Source: an uncultured Candidatus Saccharimonas sp. (GTDB lineage Bacteria; Patescibacteriota; Saccharimonadia; Saccharimonadales; AQU-01). Taken from it: a stretch of DNA of 64,000 nucleotides. Under the pieces are notes generated by a model that saw nothing but the letters and a program-made list of their open reading frames with translations, searched no databases and was not told where the DNA came from. Location of the stretch: NCBI GenBank assembly GCA_943358095.1, contig CALRGT010000002.1:32782-96781 (forward strand), in the 5' to 3' direction. The position numbers and the translations under genes were made by a program. Below are positions 62,801 through 64,000 of this stretch, in pieces (position 1 is the first letter of the stretch; each line of letters opens with the position of its first letter).

Positions 62801-64000
62801 CCTATAACGGCTATCTGTACGTCATAGGCGGGTATACTGGCGCCTATAAAGTAGATGTCCAATACGCCCCAATTAACGCCAACGGAACCATAGGTACTTG
62901 GACAGCCACCACCAGCTTCACCACTGGCCGTTTCGGTCACAGCTCTGTCGCCTATAACGGCTACCTTTATGTAATGGGTGGATATGATGGAGCGGCATTT
63001 CGGACTGATGTCCAATACGCCCTAATTAACGCCAACGGAACCGTAGGCACTTGGACGGCCACCACTAGCTTCACTTCACCCGCTTTTTTCTTTCAGGGTT
63101 CCGTTGCCTACAATGGTTATTTGTATCTACTTGGTGGTGAGTATTTTTCACGTGGTGTCCAATACGCCCTAATTAACGCCAACGGAACCGTAGGCACTTG
63201 GACGGCCACCACCAGCTTCATTGGCCCCGGCACTCTCACAAATTTTACCGCCGTCACCTATAACGGATACCTTTACGTTATAGGAGGCTGTACTGGCTCA
63301 TTTAATTCTTGCGTTAACATCGAAGACAGAGTTCAGTACGCCCCAATTAACGCCAATGGCACCATAGGCACCTGGACGGCCACCACCAGCTTTTCTGTCG
63401 GTCGTCACGCTCACACCTCCGTCGCCTATAACGGCTATCTGTATGTTATAGGCGGCTGCTCTGCCGGTAGTTATACTTCTTGCGTGACGCACAATGCTGA
63501 TGTCCAATACGCCCCAATTAACGCCAATGGCACCATAGGCACTTGGATCAAAAACCACGATTCAACTATTGATGGCTCAAATAACGCTAATGGATTTACC
63601 ATCGCTCGATCTGCCCATACCTCCGTCGCCTATAACGGCTATATATATGTCATGGGAGGCCTTAGTGGCTTTTATAGTGACGTTCAGTACTTTATCGCCA
63701 AAGGATCCTACCAAAGAGCACGATACGAAAGGTTTTTCGACACGGGTTCGTCTGGTAATACTATTATGTCCTTTGTGATCAATGGCACGACCACCTGTAA
63801 CTATTCCGTCGCCTATAAAACGGCCGGCAGTAGTGCGATATTTGGAGCGTCTACAGTCATATCTGGGGTTTTGCCAAGCGTATCGCAAACTATCACTACT
63901 GCATTGAAGCGGTATGTCTACATATCAGTATCTATCGATGATTCCAGATGTGCCGATATATCAACAATTACAGACATAAGGCTAACTTATAATGGTGCAC
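59854..64000 (+). CDS. Large membrane-anchored Kelch-repeat (beta-propeller) surface protein, 3' end outside window
   Basis: Manual translation: MKIKRHLLGK..., TM WFLSVALSLIVILVGVGY, YPINIDPT, then ~17 repeats of R.GH.SVAYNGYLYV.GG...DVQYA.INA.GT.GTWTATTSF. I saw no stop codon before 64000. Confidence 0.9.
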   Translation, partial: MKIKRHLLGKIVKKPLTKLRRAVKSSHVFLARRANRYLVKPLLQLKHKYNIRLPKFVKDPWFLSVALSLIVILVGVGYRTWHTNSLYKLGASETKLLSKSSVDKSFIKEDKKSFSYSRSAETKVGTSSEQVVAGVGDGTAKLPYRANLAKNPKDGVTFSDEKGERSVTMTARYPQSAGRYQDGRVMYPSGSNEISSYTFKRNGLKQDIIISKPSKKTQTFVWDLKLTSSLEARMLPDGGVGIYAADNILSGDITISDKKSQDLIDNARKNSAKTTLVFQLPKPFMIDQRGVKNYEDLTYRLNGNTLSLEVRNLLSQKYPINIDPTIVVTTTSDFRQGVGDSSNTDYTTADQITFTNSNSTSALNTWAYTHDSLNDGGSFVSGFTTGRTGHASVAYNGYLYVVGGFQSGGAYQNDVQYAPINADGTIGTWAATTSFTTARNAHTSVAYNGYLYVVGGYTGSVYQSDVQYAAINADGTIGTWTATTSFTTARNGHTSVAYNGYLYVVGGYTGSVYQSDVQYAAINADGTIGTWTATTSFTTGRTNLSSTINNGYLYIMGGYTGSTYLSDVQYAQFKVNGSLGGFVATTSFTTGRFGHASVAYNGYLYVIGGSTTGPDIRDVQFSSISSGKASSWANSSINLDPFGSAYHGLVAYNGYLYKSGGTYYFFAQGYLNDVQYAPINADGTIGTWTATTSFTTARFAHTSVAYNGYLYIIGGCTNDGAAAFAECSGTLSNVQYAAINSNGTIGTWTATSSLISARFAHTSVVYNGFVYVMGGCDNNCVTHDNGVQYAQINSTGTIGAWMTTTSFTTGRYKHSSVVYNGYVYIIAGCSVSSWLGCSTTLSDVQYALICTGTNSGTLGCGTTAGRVGTWTATTSFASGRYGHTSVAYNGYIYVMGVEAATLAIINSNGTIGTWTATTTIVTSGLGIASAALEGYIYLTGGLNGGTYNNVTQYANVGPTTNFPTTWTYTTSFSLGRYGHTSVAYNGYLYVIGGYTGAYKVDVQYAPINANGTIGTWTATTSFTTGRFGHSSVAYNGYLYVMGGYDGAAFRTDVQYALINANGTVGTWTATTSFTSPAFFFQGSVAYNGYLYLLGGEYFSRGVQYALINANGTVGTWTATTSFIGPGTLTNFTAVTYNGYLYVIGGCTGSFNSCVNIEDRVQYAPINANGTIGTWTATTSFSVGRHAHTSVAYNGYLYVIGGCSAGSYTSCVTHNADVQYAPINANGTIGTWIKNHDSTIDGSNNANGFTIARSAHTSVAYNGYIYVMGGLSGFYSDVQYFIAKGSYQRARYERFFDTGSSGNTIMSFVINGTTTCNYSVAYKTAGSSAIFGASTVISGVLPSVSQTITTALKRYVYISVSIDDSRCADISTITDIRLTYNGA

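Noticed and set aside
60990..63690. Kelch repeats as a DGR template/variable pair
   Set aside because: All copies are in-frame coding, differences are not adenine-specific and include indels, and there is no reverse transcriptase in the window.
53022..63888. Antisense and alternate-frame ORFs inside the two giant genes
   Set aside because: By-products of repetitive, biased codon usage in the long + strand genes.

Overview
A 64-kb chromosomal segment from a Patescibacteria (CPR) bacterium, most likely Candidatus Saccharibacteria (TM7): the 16S gene contains ACTGGGCGTAAAGAGTTGC, which I recall as the TM7-specific primer site, and GCCGCGGTCATAC. Most of the window is housekeeping: queA, a pterin-carbinolamine dehydratase/RNase HI fusion, rnpB, infC-rpmI-rplT, comM/yifB, a VirD4/TraD-like ATPase, gyrB-gyrA, 16S, tRNA-Ile/Ala, 23S-5S, rpsA-infB, priA-def-fmt, rpsU, yqeY-adk-map, ftsA-ftsZ, nrdR-nrdJ, T-box-ileS and rplU. 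It ends with two giant surface-protein genes, one tail-fibre-like and one with about 17 Kelch repeats. The most notable non-coding signals are: (1) a tail-to-tail pair of ~230-nt structured elements between infC and comM, with four conserved blocks, sequence-divergent but pairing-conserved helices and pseudoknot potential; (2) five copies of a hairpin built from 7-8-nt CATT/AATG units, one inside 23S helix 79; (3) adjacent rRNA genes that appear to be separately transcribed and carry several large insertions; (4) an ultrashort-stem-I Ile T-box followed by a terminator-like element; (5) many apparently leaderless genes. I found no CRISPR array, integrase, transposase or reverse transcriptase. 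All calls are by eye with no database searches, and RNA boundaries are approximate.
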